Shown: positions 52,551 to 63,362, counted from the first letter of the stretch. The stretch is 64,000 bases of DNA from Candidatus Poribacteria bacterium (GCA_965215015.1 OZ244042.1:3232001-3296000), one strand, 5' to 3'. Program-made: numbers and translations. The notes: generated by a model not told the origin, from the sequence alone.

Positions 52551-54560
52551 ATGCCAAATGCCCTTTTTGTTTACCCTGAGTTCCCGCCATCGTATTGGGG
52601 CTATAAATACGCCTTGGACTTTGCGGGCAAAAAATCAGCCATGCCGCCGCTTGGGCTGCTGACCGTTGCCGGAATGTTCCCGAAAGATTATCAACTCAAA
52701 GTCGTCGATATGAATGTCACCCCGTTGACGGATGCAGACCTCAATTGGGCGGATGTCGTCTTAACCTCCACGATGATTGTCCAAAAAGAATCGTTGTATC
52801 AGGTCGTTCAGCGATGTAACCGGGCCGGGGTGCCGATTGTCGCTGGTGGACCGCATCCAACTTCCTATCATGACAGTATAAGAGAGGAAGCGGGTGGCAA
52901 GGTCGATCACTTTCTCTTTGGTGAAGTGGAGGAAATATTTGATGATTTTCTCACAGATCTGAGAGCAGGAGTCGCCAAAGACGTATACAAGGAAAAAAGA
53001 AAACCGGATATAACAAAAGCACCGTTGCCCCGTTATGACCTCATTAATTTGGACGCTTACGGTTCAATGGCACTCCAATTTTCTCGTGGGTGTCCATTTG
53101 ACTGTGAGTTTTGCGACATCACCAAACTATTTGGTCGTGTGCCGCGCACCAAGAGCAATGAACAGATGATGGCAGAGTTCGATCTGCTTCACCGGCTCGG
53201 TTGGGAGGGCTCGCTTTTTGTCGTTGATGACAATTTCATTGGGAATAAGCGGGATGCGATGCGTTTGCTTCCTGAAGTGATCTCGTACCAAAAGGAAAAA
53301 AATTATCCGTTCAAGCTATTCACCGAAGCTAGCGTGAACCTCGTCGAAATTCCAGAGATGTTGGATGCGATGAGCGATGCTGGCTTTGACATGGTATTTT
53401 TGGGAATCGAAAGCCCGAATGAAGACGCGCTATTGATGACCAAAAAGAAACAGAATACCAACAAACAGGAAGATGCAAGCAGCTATCTGCTCCGTGCCAT
53501 TCGGACGATACAGAACAGCGGCATGGAAGTGACCGGTGGGTTCATTATTGGAATGGATGGTGACAAAGAATTTGATTCGCATATTCGGTTCATTCAAGAG
53601 GCTGGGGTTCCGATGGCGATGGCAGGCTTGTTGACTGCTTTGAAAGAGACCAATCTTTATCATCGTCTCCAACGTGAAGGGCGTCTGCTCGACGAATCTA
53701 CGGGAAACAACACTGATATCACGTTAAATTTTGTACCCGAACTCCCACGCGAACACCTGATAGCCGAATATAGACGGGTCGTCTCCACGCTGTACGACCC
53801 GACTTTGAAGAACTATTTTGAACGCTGCCTCACGTTGATTAAGCATCTCAAGCCTGTCAGCCATCGGAAGGCAACGGTCGGCAAGATGGAGCTAATGGCC
53901 GTCGCTAAATCAATTAAGCGACAGCTTTTCTCCAAACAGGGGCCTGCGTACCTACGGTTTTTGATCAAAGTACTCAAAGATTACCCAAGTATGATTGATA
54001 AGGCGATACGTCTCGCCATTCATGGGTATCATTTTGAGAAAATGACCAGCCAGACAGTTGCTGTTGACAATTTCAAACAGTATCTGACAACAGAGTTTAA
54101 CGCCTTTGAGGAAATTGTATCTGACTCCCATTCGCATCAGGGTTCCGAGCAGCTTATTAAAGTAGGGGTGAGTCGCATTGGAGAAATTCGAGCGCATGCA
54201 CAAGAGCTCTTAGCGCGTGTTTATGCACAATATGAAGACCTCCATGAGGACTTTAGATATAATGCGCGTGACGCGCTTGATGCCTTCCAGAAATCTGTGT
54301 TCAGACACTATTTGGAGGCTGAATTCGGTGCATTTAAGGAAACTGTTTCCCGGTTTGCCAGAGTGGGGGGCGATCGAATCAGTGAAGTTGGTGAGCACGC
54401 GGGTGAACTCCTAGCCCGTGTTCATGCACAATACGAACGGATTCATAAAGATTTTAGATATGGTATCCGCGATTCGCTTATCTCTTTTCAGGAATCTGTG
54501 AAATCTCACCTGGATCAGCTTGTGGGTCCAGTTCCAATCGAAATCAAGAGTTTCGACTAG
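52551..54560 (+). CDS. B12-binding radical SAM protein (DUF4070-type)
   Basis: PPLGLLTVA, GGPHPT, RGCPFDCEFC, VDDNF, FLGIES. Confidence 0.9.
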   Translation: MPNALFVYPEFPPSYWGYKYALDFAGKKSAMPPLGLLTVAGMFPKDYQLKVVDMNVTPLTDADLNWADVVLTSTMIVQKESLYQVVQRCNRAGVPIVAGGPHPTSYHDSIREEAGGKVDHFLFGEVEEIFDDFLTDLRAGVAKDVYKEKRKPDITKAPLPRYDLINLDAYGSMALQFSRGCPFDCEFCDITKLFGRVPRTKSNEQMMAEFDLLHRLGWEGSLFVVDDNFIGNKRDAMRLLPEVISYQKEKNYPFKLFTEASVNLVEIPEMLDAMSDAGFDMVFLGIESPNEDALLMTKKKQNTNKQEDASSYLLRAIRTIQNSGMEVTGGFIIGMDGDKEFDSHIRFIQEAGVPMAMAGLLTALKETNLYHRLQREGRLLDESTGNNTDITLNFVPELPREHLIAEYRRVVSTLYDPTLKNYFERCLTLIKHLKPVSHRKATVGKMELMAVAKSIKRQLFSKQGPAYLRFLIKVLKDYPSMIDKAIRLAIHGYHFEKMTSQTVAVDNFKQYLTTEFNAFEEIVSDSHSHQGSEQLIKVGVSRIGEIRAHAQELLARVYAQYEDLHEDFRYNARDALDAFQKSVFRHYLEAEFGAFKETVSRFARVGGDRISEVGEHAGELLARVHAQYERIHKDFRYGIRDSLISFQESVKSHLDQLVGPVPIEIKSFD

Positions 54561-54587
54561 CCTGTCTGAGTTGTACCTCTCGAAACC

Positions 54588-56348
54588 ATGGGCAGCATCG
54601 AAATTGACGATCTCCACTTCACCTACCCCAGTCGCAATGCGCCAACGTTATGCGGGATAGATGCACAGGTCGATCCCGCAGCGTTCATTTTGCTTACAGG
54701 TCCCACGGGCTGCGGTAAATCAACATTGCTACGGACGTTGAACGGATTAATTTCTCACGCTTCAGGAGGGAAGCTATCTGGCAGCGTCCGTGTCAACGGC
54801 GCAAACGTTACCGAACAACCGATCGCTGTGACGTGCCAACAGGTTGGACTGCTATTCCAGAATCCTGAAGAGCAACTCTTTTGCATTATTGTGGAAGATG
54901 AGATTGCATTTGGATTAGAGAACCTCGGCCTTCCCTCCTACGAAATTGATCGCCGGATCGACGCTGCATTGACGCAGGTCGGGCTCGCCGGATTTAGGAA
55001 TCATCAAATCACTTCACTTTCAAGCGGCCAGAAACAACGGGTTGCCCTCGCGTGTGTATGCGCCATGCAACCACAGATTCTGTTGCTTGATGAACCGACG
55101 AGTTATCTCGATCCGCAAGCCACTCATGACATCCTTGAGATTATCCGTGATTTGAATAGACAGCTTGGGATCACGGTTATTGTTGCGGGCCATCAGGTCA
55201 ATGAGATTGCACCATTGTGCGGGCGCGTGTGGCTCATGAATGACGGCCGATTGGTCTCTGACCTACCGATAGATCAAGCATTTACCGATCTCAAACAGTA
55301 TTCCCAGCTAGGTGTCCAAGTCCCAGAACTGGCGCAAATTGCGGAACAACTCGGTTATTCTGAACGCCCCTTGACCCTTGATCACGCCGTGCGGCTTTTT
55401 GAAAACCCGCCTCAGGATTCAAAGCGACCCCAATTGTATCGGGATAAACTATCTGAGAGGCTTATCGATTCTGAGGCTACATCAAGGGAAAACGAATTAG
55501 CGGATCTAACGCCTCCCCCAACTCAAACCAATCCCGTACATCCTGATAATATTTTGGTAGAGGTTCAAAACCTCTCTTTTCGCTACCCACAAACCTCTGT
55601 TGATGTACTGAAAGGCCTCTCTTTTCAGATTAAGCACAGTGAGGTGGTCGCAATTATGGGGGCAAATGGATCGGGGAAGACGACGCTGCTCTTACATCTG
55701 ATTGCGCTCCTCCGCCCGTCAGTGGGACAAACCTTCATCAAAGGACAGGATACCCAGCGTTGTAAGCCTCGCCATCTCGCAGGTCAAGTGGGGATTGTCT
55801 TTCAGAATCCGGATCTGCTGTTGCAAGCAGCAACGGTCTCCGAGGAGGTGGCTTTCGGTCCGAAAAATTTCAGGCTGTCCCGTCAGGAAGTAGAGGAACG
55901 GCTCGAAGAGATCTTGCCAATGTTTGACTTGGGAGCCCTCAAGACGGATGCTCCCTACGCACTTTCACGAGGACAGCGACAGCGTACCGCAGTCGCTGCC
56001 AGCTTTTCCCTCTACCCCGATCTCCTTCTCCTCGATGAACCGACAACGGGCCAAGATTACTACCACTTACGCCAGCTCATGCGGATACTTCACGAAACCA
56101 TTAGAGCCCAAAACAAAACGGTGATATTCTGTACCCACGATGTCCACCTTACGCTGGAATACGCAAGTCGGGTGTTGCTGCTTCATCGTGGAGAACTCAT
56201 CTTTGATGGGACACCTAACGCTGCTTTTGCGAACCCTGAACGCATAAAGCAGGCGTCGCTTGTCCCACCGCTGACGATGCAACTACAAAGGCTCCAAAAT
56301 GACAGAACTCCATCCTCACACGAAAATCGTTCTCCTCATAATCGTTAG
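54588..56348 (+). CDS. ECF transporter fused double ATPase (EcfA-A')
   Basis: Two Walker A motifs (GPTGCGKS, GANGSGKT), FQNP, LDEPT. Confidence 0.9.
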   Translation: MGSIEIDDLHFTYPSRNAPTLCGIDAQVDPAAFILLTGPTGCGKSTLLRTLNGLISHASGGKLSGSVRVNGANVTEQPIAVTCQQVGLLFQNPEEQLFCIIVEDEIAFGLENLGLPSYEIDRRIDAALTQVGLAGFRNHQITSLSSGQKQRVALACVCAMQPQILLLDEPTSYLDPQATHDILEIIRDLNRQLGITVIVAGHQVNEIAPLCGRVWLMNDGRLVSDLPIDQAFTDLKQYSQLGVQVPELAQIAEQLGYSERPLTLDHAVRLFENPPQDSKRPQLYRDKLSERLIDSEATSRENELADLTPPPTQTNPVHPDNILVEVQNLSFRYPQTSVDVLKGLSFQIKHSEVVAIMGANGSGKTTLLLHLIALLRPSVGQTFIKGQDTQRCKPRHLAGQVGIVFQNPDLLLQAATVSEEVAFGPKNFRLSRQEVEERLEEILPMFDLGALKTDAPYALSRGQRQRTAVAASFSLYPDLLLLDEPTTGQDYYHLRQLMRILHETIRAQNKTVIFCTHDVHLTLEYASRVLLLHRGELIFDGTPNAAFANPERIKQASLVPPLTMQLQRLQNDRTPSSHENRSPHNR

Positions 56349-57147
56349 CTGTCTAGTCATTTTACTCGATAGTCCAATTGCCCTGTGTGCGTGTTTTCTA
56401 GTAAGCCTCTGTTTCCAAGCATCAATCCGGCCGTCATGGCGTCGGATTCGCCTCCTCCTCCTCTTCATTGGATTAGGGACGTGGGGGCTGATTTACAGCC
56501 AAGCCATTTTCTATAATGAGTTCCCTCGAACCGTTATTTTTACGCTTATTCATAAAGACACACCCATAATTGGGGGGGGGACGGGTGGGATTCATCTCTA
56601 TCGCGAGGGTTTGTTTCACGGTGCTGTTCAATCCCTGCGGTTTAACACAACGTTGACAATCAGCTGTTTTATCATTTGGACGACCCAAGCCCGCGACCTC
56701 TTGCTCGCCCTTGTGAAGCTGCGGGTGCCATACAGTCTCGCATTTATGGTGACGACAGGGTTGCGCTACATTCCGCTCATCGGTTCAGATGTGAAAACTG
56801 TAATTCGCTCACAGCACCTACGCGGTTTTCGTTATTTGCAGCTCAATTTTTTTCATGCGATTAGCGGCATCTTAAACAGTGTGCGCCCTATTTTGACTAA
56901 TAACATCCGGCGGGCAACACATCTCGGTGAAGCCGTTGAGAGTCGCGCCTTTTCTCCGGATGCTTCTCATCGTACTTCCCTGCGTGAGTTGCAAACGCGA
57001 GGGCAGGATGTTATCCTAATTGCCGTCTTACTGGTCTGTTTGTTGAGCGTTATCGGTTTGAAGAGTATCTACTTTCTCTATGCTAACGGCCTCTATTATG
57101 CCTCTTGGTTGAGAGGCGCGTACACCTTCGCGCGTGAAGTGTTATAG
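56299..57147 (+). CDS. ECF transporter transmembrane component T
   Basis: LHPHTK, LRYIP, and LRG / SRA coupling motifs. Confidence 0.87.
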   Translation: MTELHPHTKIVLLIIVSCLVILLDSPIALCACFLVSLCFQASIRPSWRRIRLLLLFIGLGTWGLIYSQAIFYNEFPRTVIFTLIHKDTPIIGGGTGGIHLYREGLFHGAVQSLRFNTTLTISCFIIWTTQARDLLLALVKLRVPYSLAFMVTTGLRYIPLIGSDVKTVIRSQHLRGFRYLQLNFFHAISGILNSVRPILTNNIRRATHLGEAVESRAFSPDASHRTSLRELQTRGQDVILIAVLLVCLLSVIGLKSIYFLYANGLYYASWLRGAYTFAREVL

Positions 57148-57178
57148 TCGAGATAAAACTGTACAGGAGACGTGGAAA

Positions 57179-58561
57179 ATGGCAGAACGTATCTTAGTTG
57201 TTGATGATCAAACGGCAATGCAAGATTTATTAACAGACCTGCTCGAACAGCGTGGCGCAGAGCCGGTGGCTGTTGGTCGTGTCGAGGAAGGGTTGGAGAT
57301 GGTTGCTAAAAGCCCCGATGCCTTTGATCTCGTTATCCTAGACCTCGATTTTGGTGAAGGACAGACAAGCGGGCTCGCAGGTTTAGAAGAAATCAAGAAA
57401 ATCAACCCCGCTCTACCGGTCATTATCTTAACAGGCAAAGGCACTATCTCGACCGCTGTCGAAGCAATTAAACTAGGAGCTCAAGAATATGTCGAAAAGG
57501 ATTTCTACATTGAAGAAAATATGGAACTCGCCCTTACACGGCTCAACCACCTGATCCGCGCCACAATCGATAACAAGCGGCTGCGTCGAGAGCGCGAGTT
57601 TTATCGTGAGGAATTGAAGGGACAATACAATATCGTCGGCAAAAGCCGAGCGATTCAACAGGTGCACCAACAAATTGCGGAAGTGGCTTCTATTCCAAGG
57701 CCCGTTCTAATTCGCGGTGAACGTGGAACCGGCAAGGAACTGGTCGCTGCTGCAATCCATAATAACAGCAATCGCCAGAAACGTGCCTTTATCACCATTA
57801 ATTGTGCGGCGCTGGCAGAGGGGCTTCTGGAATGTGAACTCTTTGGGCAGGAAGATAACGCTTTCACAAATTCATCGTTCCGAGAGGGGCGCTTTGTGTT
57901 GGCAGATAGAGGCACGCTCTTTCTCGATGAGATTGGCAATATGTCGGTTGAATTTCAACAGAAGATCCTTCGCGTGCTGGAATATCAGCAGTTTGAGCGG
58001 GTCGGCGGTACAAAGACGATAAAGGTTGATGTGCGGGTTATCGCTGCAACCAATAGCGATATAGAAGCGGATATAGAGGCTGGCAAGTTTCGGGCAGATC
58101 TATATGACCGGCTTGCATTTGAAACGATTTGGCTGCCGCCGTTGCGTGAGCGGAAAGAGGATATTGAACTGTTAGGCTACCATTTCATGGAACGTCTCGC
58201 AGGGGAAGTAGCTGACATCAAACCCAAAAAATTGGCACCGGAGACTTTGGAGTGCTTGAACGCATACGATTGGCCCGGCAACGTCCGCGAACTCAAGTAT
58301 GTTATCGAGCGTATCACATATAAAGTTGAGGGAGATACCATTTCTCCGTATCACCTCCCTCAAGAGATTCTTACCGCCTATTCACGCTCTGATGATGGAG
58401 AGCCCCTCTCGAATCGGTTGGCTCAAGTTGAAAAACAGATTCTCATTGATGTGTACGGGCAGTGTCAGGGGGAGTTGGCAGACATTGCTCACCAACTGAG
58501 CATCCCGCTTGAGTCGCTGAAACAATTGATGCAGAAGCATCGGATTGACGATGTACAGTAG
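57179..58561 (+). CDS. NtrC-family response regulator (REC-AAA+-HTH)
   Basis: ILVVDD, GERGTGKE, LFLDEIG, FRADLYDRL, WPGNVREL. Confidence 0.92.
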   Translation: MAERILVVDDQTAMQDLLTDLLEQRGAEPVAVGRVEEGLEMVAKSPDAFDLVILDLDFGEGQTSGLAGLEEIKKINPALPVIILTGKGTISTAVEAIKLGAQEYVEKDFYIEENMELALTRLNHLIRATIDNKRLRREREFYREELKGQYNIVGKSRAIQQVHQQIAEVASIPRPVLIRGERGTGKELVAAAIHNNSNRQKRAFITINCAALAEGLLECELFGQEDNAFTNSSFREGRFVLADRGTLFLDEIGNMSVEFQQKILRVLEYQQFERVGGTKTIKVDVRVIAATNSDIEADIEAGKFRADLYDRLAFETIWLPPLRERKEDIELLGYHFMERLAGEVADIKPKKLAPETLECLNAYDWPGNVRELKYVIERITYKVEGDTISPYHLPQEILTAYSRSDDGEPLSNRLAQVEKQILIDVYGQCQGELADIAHQLSIPLESLKQLMQKHRIDDVQ

Positions 58562-58608
58562 GACCCGCACAGAATTGAGCCGGAAATAAGATTGGAGGGA
58601 ATCTTATC

Positions 58609-59388
58609 ATGACTACTGAAACAGCAGCAAAAGAGAAAGGTCAAGTTGAACATAACGAAAGCCCCAATTTGAGATCGGCGGAGGCCTGTGCCCAACAACC
58701 TCCACATGTTATAGAAAAGAAAAAAAAACCGCTACCACCGCTGAAGCATGGGGAGAAATTGACACGGGACGAATTTGAGCGGCGTTACGCGGCAATGCCG
58801 CGCCTGAAGAAGGCAGAATTAATTGAAGGATTTGTCTACATGCCCTCACCTGTAAGGACCGATATTCATAGCGACCCCCATGCCCGGATTATAACGTGGC
58901 TTGGCGTCTATTGGACAGCAACACCAGAGGTTCAGTGTGCTGATAATGCAACGGTTCATCTCGATCCTGACAACGAGGTGCAGCCCGATGGGTTGCTCCG
59001 GATTGACAAAGGGGGCACCTCCCTCCTCAGTGATACAGGCTACATCGAAGGGGCACCGGAATTGATTGTCGAAATTGCTGGGACTAGCGCGGACTACGAT
59101 TTGCACGAGAAATTAGACGCCTATCTGCGTAACGGGGTGGCGGAGTACATCGTGTGGCAGACGCAGGAAAAACGACTCGATTGGTTCCACCTTGTCAATG
59201 AGGAATACGTGCCGCTGTTGCCCGATGCGGACGGACTGATAGAAAGCCAAGCATTTCCCGGCTTGCGCCTAGCGGTGAACTCACTAATCGGGGGCAATCT
59301 GGCAACAGTTTTATCCGAATTACAAAAGGGATTGGAAACCGCCGAACATGCCGCATTCGTCAGAAGGTTGCTAGAAAAAAGGAATTAA
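58609..59388 (+). CDS. Uma2-family (DUF820) putative endonuclease
   Basis: AELIEG, QPD, APELIVEI, K..Y..GV.EY. Confidence 0.9.
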   Translation: MTTETAAKEKGQVEHNESPNLRSAEACAQQPPHVIEKKKKPLPPLKHGEKLTRDEFERRYAAMPRLKKAELIEGFVYMPSPVRTDIHSDPHARIITWLGVYWTATPEVQCADNATVHLDPDNEVQPDGLLRIDKGGTSLLSDTGYIEGAPELIVEIAGTSADYDLHEKLDAYLRNGVAEYIVWQTQEKRLDWFHLVNEEYVPLLPDADGLIESQAFPGLRLAVNSLIGGNLATVLSELQKGLETAEHAAFVRRLLEKRN

Positions 59389-59414
59389 ATTTCCAGCCTC
59401 ACATTAAAAGAAAG

Positions 59415-59652
59415 TAGGAGTTGTGCACTCGGGTTTGTAGTCAGGCAATTCAACCCGCAGTAGGTATACGGCGTATGCCGTAACCGTTGTGCCTCAAAAC
59501 GACACCCCGCTTGCGTGGGAAAGGGGGTAAGAACCCCCACCCTCCGCAAGCGAGGGGGAAATAGGTTCAATGAACCTAGAATTGACGGGGTATTTGACGG
59601 GGGCTCTACATTGAGTTGATTGTTGTAGGGGCAATCCTCGTGGTTGCCCTGT
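59415..59652. repeat. Composite intergenic repeats: MITE end, GCAAGC hairpins, GTAG-type REP
   Basis: TAGGAGTTGTGCACTCGGGTTTGTAG; CCCTCCGCAAGCGAGGGGG; GTAGGGGCAATCCTCGTGGTTGCCCT. Confidence 0.6.
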
Positions 59653-59871
59653 TGTGGGTCAATTTTCCAAAATCGAAAATGCCCGGACTTTCACGCGAGA
59701 GTCTGGGGGAATTGAGCCAAGATTGTAGAGAGCAGTATTCTGTCGAGATATGAATATAGACCGCCGAGTTCTGTTGACGTCGGCTTGCCCGATGGTAACA
59801 GCTTGCCGAATTGGTGCTAGCGAAATATCAATACGCCCTAGCAACTTGCGTTATACTATGGGGACAAATAG

Positions 59872-61368
59872 ATGACTGAATCAAAGCAGAGCGACATTGA
59901 CCCACGCCGTCTGGAACTGGCGTCTGATCCGTATCGTCCAGCATACCATTTTCTAGCACCAATCAACTGGATGAACGATCCGAACGGTACCATTTTCTGG
60001 AAAGGTAGGTACCACATCTTTTACCAGTACAATCCCAACGGGGCTTTCCATGGTACAATACATTGGGGACACGCCTCTAGTGCGGATTTGGTTCACTGGA
60101 CGGATCACTCCATTGCGCTGCCGCCCGGGCCGGAGGGAGCAGATCGGGACCAGTGCTATAGTGGTGCAGCGTTTATCAACAAAGAGGGAGTACCTACATT
60201 TATCTATCACGGTTTGCCGGCTGGCATCTGCCTCGCTACGAGCAACGATGATTTGCTTATCAACTGGGATAAACACCCGGCAAACCCGATTATACCCAAT
60301 CCACAGGCGCGAGATGGGTATCGAATCGGTGGTGCCCCATGCGCTTGGGTTGAAGGAGATACCTACTATGCACTGACCGGAAACAGCGGTTCCGCCCCGC
60401 CAGATGTGGCGTATTTATATACCTCCCAAGACCTCGCTCATTGGGAGTATTTGCACCCCTTCTACGAGGGAGGCATTTTCACAGAGTGGGGTGAGGACTG
60501 CGGCTGTCCCGACTTTTTCCGTTTGGGAGATAAACATGTGCTGTCCTTCACTAGCCACCCGCGTGGGGCGCAATTCTACATTGGAACTTACGCCAACCAA
60601 CGGTTCACCCCGGAGCGTCACAAGCGATTAGCACTCGGCGATACCGGCCGGCCCGGTGTCTACAATGAGGGCTTAACGCTGCTGGATGACAAGGGTAGAC
60701 GCATTCTGTTCGGCAGACTCCACGAAGGACGTTATAGTTACGTCCAACGTGCCTCTGGTTGGGCGGGAATGTTTGCCCTTCCGATGGTTTTGTCGTTATC
60801 CGATGACGGCGATCTACTCATGGAACCTGTTCCAGAGCTGGAAGCGTTACGAGGCAATCACACGCACTTTTCCGACATCCAATTGAACCCGGGCGAAGAG
60901 CGTCAGCTTGAAGAGATTAGAGGGGACCAGTTGGAAATTCGAGCGGTGTTTGAATGGGAAAGTGCCGAAGAATTCGGTCTGAAAGTTTGCTGTTCCCCGG
61001 ATGGCGAAGAGCAAACCCTCATCCGTTTTAACCTCAATCCATGGTCAGCCAACCGTGTGCCACAGGAGATTGGACAGCTTCGGGAGTTGATTTTGGACGC
61101 AAATCGGTCTAGCATCAGTTCAGAGGTGAGCAATCGTGAATCACAGCGGTGTACATTGGATCTTCCTTACGGAGAGTCAATAGAATTGCGAGTATTCGTG
61201 GATCGGAGCGTGGTGGAGATTTTCGCCAATGGCCGCCACTACTTGGCAAAGCGCATCTATCCTGCCCGCCCGGATAGCCTCGGCGTACAGCTATTTGCGC
61301 GAGGCGGCAAGGCGACTGTCCGATCGCTGGACGTATGGCGGATGGGGGCAGTTTGGCCCATTGACTAA
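59872..61368 (+). CDS. Glycoside hydrolase family 32
   Basis: WMNDPNG, HWGHASS, YSG, CPDFF, VFVDRSVVEIF. The RDP and EC motifs are altered (GAP, GC). Confidence 0.88.
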   Translation: MTESKQSDIDPRRLELASDPYRPAYHFLAPINWMNDPNGTIFWKGRYHIFYQYNPNGAFHGTIHWGHASSADLVHWTDHSIALPPGPEGADRDQCYSGAAFINKEGVPTFIYHGLPAGICLATSNDDLLINWDKHPANPIIPNPQARDGYRIGGAPCAWVEGDTYYALTGNSGSAPPDVAYLYTSQDLAHWEYLHPFYEGGIFTEWGEDCGCPDFFRLGDKHVLSFTSHPRGAQFYIGTYANQRFTPERHKRLALGDTGRPGVYNEGLTLLDDKGRRILFGRLHEGRYSYVQRASGWAGMFALPMVLSLSDDGDLLMEPVPELEALRGNHTHFSDIQLNPGEERQLEEIRGDQLEIRAVFEWESAEEFGLKVCCSPDGEEQTLIRFNLNPWSANRVPQEIGQLRELILDANRSSISSEVSNRESQRCTLDLPYGESIELRVFVDRSVVEIFANGRHYLAKRIYPARPDSLGVQLFARGGKATVRSLDVWRMGAVWPID

Positions 61369-61434
61369 TTTACAAAACATGACACGATTCTGGTAAGCGA
61401 AGGGTGTAAGTCCCAATTTCATTATCTGAAGGAG

Positions 61435-62232
61435 GTGGCTTCGATGCCTGAAAGCAGAGACAGTTCATTTGAAGGAAATCTAGCGCAACTTGAGCGCGAT
61501 GGATTTCTACTTATCAAGAGTGCCCTCGACATAGAAACCGTCCAGAAATGGCGGGCTAGTCTATATGGGTCCTACGAGCGGGAAGAGTATGACCGTAGAA
61601 ACAGTGTCGGCAATGTATCGTATAACCGGTTGCTAGAGCAGGAGCCAGAGATGACGCGGGCCCTTATCGCACATCCCAGCGTTGCGCCATACCTAAAGGC
61701 AACGCTAGGGAAGCAGTGCCAACTCCGTAGTGTCCGGGCGCGCCTCAACCCTGACGACTACACGCAGGAATGGCACATGGACTTCTACGATTACTGGTAT
61801 CAAGAGGAGAAAGTTGATGCAAGTCGTTTTGTCCAAGGTTTTTGCATGAACACCACTTTTTATCTGACCGACAACACGCCGGGGCGGGCCCGACTCACCT
61901 TTGTCAAAGACCTCTGTCATCAACCGATTCCCGAAAAACTTCGGAGGCATCTTGGGTACACGGAGGACCGAAACAATCTGTTCCAACGTTGGTGTGACGA
62001 ACAGCCACATGCAGACTTGTATCCGATGAGTGGGGATGCGGTGGTGTTCTACAGTCATATCCCCCACCAAGGTGCTAAAATGGGACCCGACCCCGAAGGG
62101 GAGATTCGTGGGAATATCGTTTTTCACTACCAGCAGAACCCGATGTATCCCGGTATCCGCTTTGTCAGTCATCCACAGTTCACGCTCGATGCCCTCGGTT
62201 ATGACGACACTTTTCCCTTCGCAGCAGATTAA
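61435..62232 (+). CDS. Phytanoyl-CoA dioxygenase (PhyH)-like protein
   Basis: WHMD (HxD) and GDAVVF..HIPH distal His. Confidence 0.78.
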   Translation: MASMPESRDSSFEGNLAQLERDGFLLIKSALDIETVQKWRASLYGSYEREEYDRRNSVGNVSYNRLLEQEPEMTRALIAHPSVAPYLKATLGKQCQLRSVRARLNPDDYTQEWHMDFYDYWYQEEKVDASRFVQGFCMNTTFYLTDNTPGRARLTFVKDLCHQPIPEKLRRHLGYTEDRNNLFQRWCDEQPHADLYPMSGDAVVFYSHIPHQGAKMGPDPEGEIRGNIVFHYQQNPMYPGIRFVSHPQFTLDALGYDDTFPFAAD

Positions 62233-62275
62233 ACGCATCTAAAAATTCTCAAAACGACAACGGAGGATACATTCT

Positions 62276-63340
62276 ATGGCAACATTTCGTCCCAAAGTCC
62301 TAATAGCTTGTGATGAGCGCGTCCGTAATGCTTATCTACCACCGGAAGAGATAGAACGGCTTGAAACCTTCGCTGATTGGGAGTGGTTCTCCTGCGAAGG
62401 CGGAAGCATCTATACCACGAACGAAGCCCCCGGAGCGGCAACAGAGCTCTGCGAACATGTCAGCGAGATTAATGGTCTAGTTGTCTGCCACGGCTGTCCC
62501 ACAATTACGTCGGAGGTTATGAGTGCCGCACCCAATCTGAAAATCATCGGTGAACTAGAGGGGGATCGTTTCGCCAGCCGGATTGACTTGGAAGCTGCGT
62601 GGGAGCGGGGAGTCCGCACGGTGGATACCACCAACGGCTCTTCCTATCCGGTCTCAGAGTGGGCGTTGGGGCTTATCCTGATTGCGTTACGCAATGCGGG
62701 GGCGCAATTCCGTCGCATTATCGCCGGTGAGACGACCCGAGATGCGGGCGCACTCAAATATGCTGGTGGACGCCTCACCGGGAAGCGGGTTGGGTTGATC
62801 GGGTGTGGAAATATGGGCAGACGTCTTATCAAGTTTCTCCGCCCGTTCGAGGTTGATATCTGGGTATATGACCCCTATCTACCGCGAGAAATGGCGGAAG
62901 CGGTTGGCTTTCTACAAACCTCACTGGACAATCTGCTGTCGCAGTGCGATGTTATTGTCTGCGTTGCACCGTTGACACCGGGAACACAGCGGATGATTGG
63001 GGAACGCGAACTGAATCTGATTCGGTCCGGTGCGGCATTAGTCAATGTCTCTCGCGGCCCAATTATTGACCCCGACGCACTCATTGCACGCCTCAAACGT
63101 GGGGATATCACCGCCGGATTGGATGTTTTCGATCCGGAACCGATTCCACCCGATAGCGAAATCATCAATCTGCCCAACGTCTTTCTTACACCGCACTTCG
63201 CTTCCTATACCGGCGACGACTATCCGCACTTCTTTGAACTGATGGTAGACGAGTTGAATCGTTTCTTCCACGGTCACGAGACGTTCTTTGATCTGACTCC
63301 GCGCTCACTGGCGAACCGTCGGGGTAGTGAACCGGCTTAG
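62276..63340 (+). CDS. D-2-hydroxyacid dehydrogenase family
   Basis: GCGNMG, VNVSRG, LDVFDPEP, TPH. Confidence 0.9.
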   Translation: MATFRPKVLIACDERVRNAYLPPEEIERLETFADWEWFSCEGGSIYTTNEAPGAATELCEHVSEINGLVVCHGCPTITSEVMSAAPNLKIIGELEGDRFASRIDLEAAWERGVRTVDTTNGSSYPVSEWALGLILIALRNAGAQFRRIIAGETTRDAGALKYAGGRLTGKRVGLIGCGNMGRRLIKFLRPFEVDIWVYDPYLPREMAEAVGFLQTSLDNLLSQCDVIVCVAPLTPGTQRMIGERELNLIRSGAALVNVSRGPIIDPDALIARLKRGDITAGLDVFDPEPIPPDSEIINLPNVFLTPHFASYTGDDYPHFFELMVDELNRFFHGHETFFDLTPRSLANRRGSEPA

Positions 63341-63362
63341 GCAAAGCGTTCAAATAATCCGC

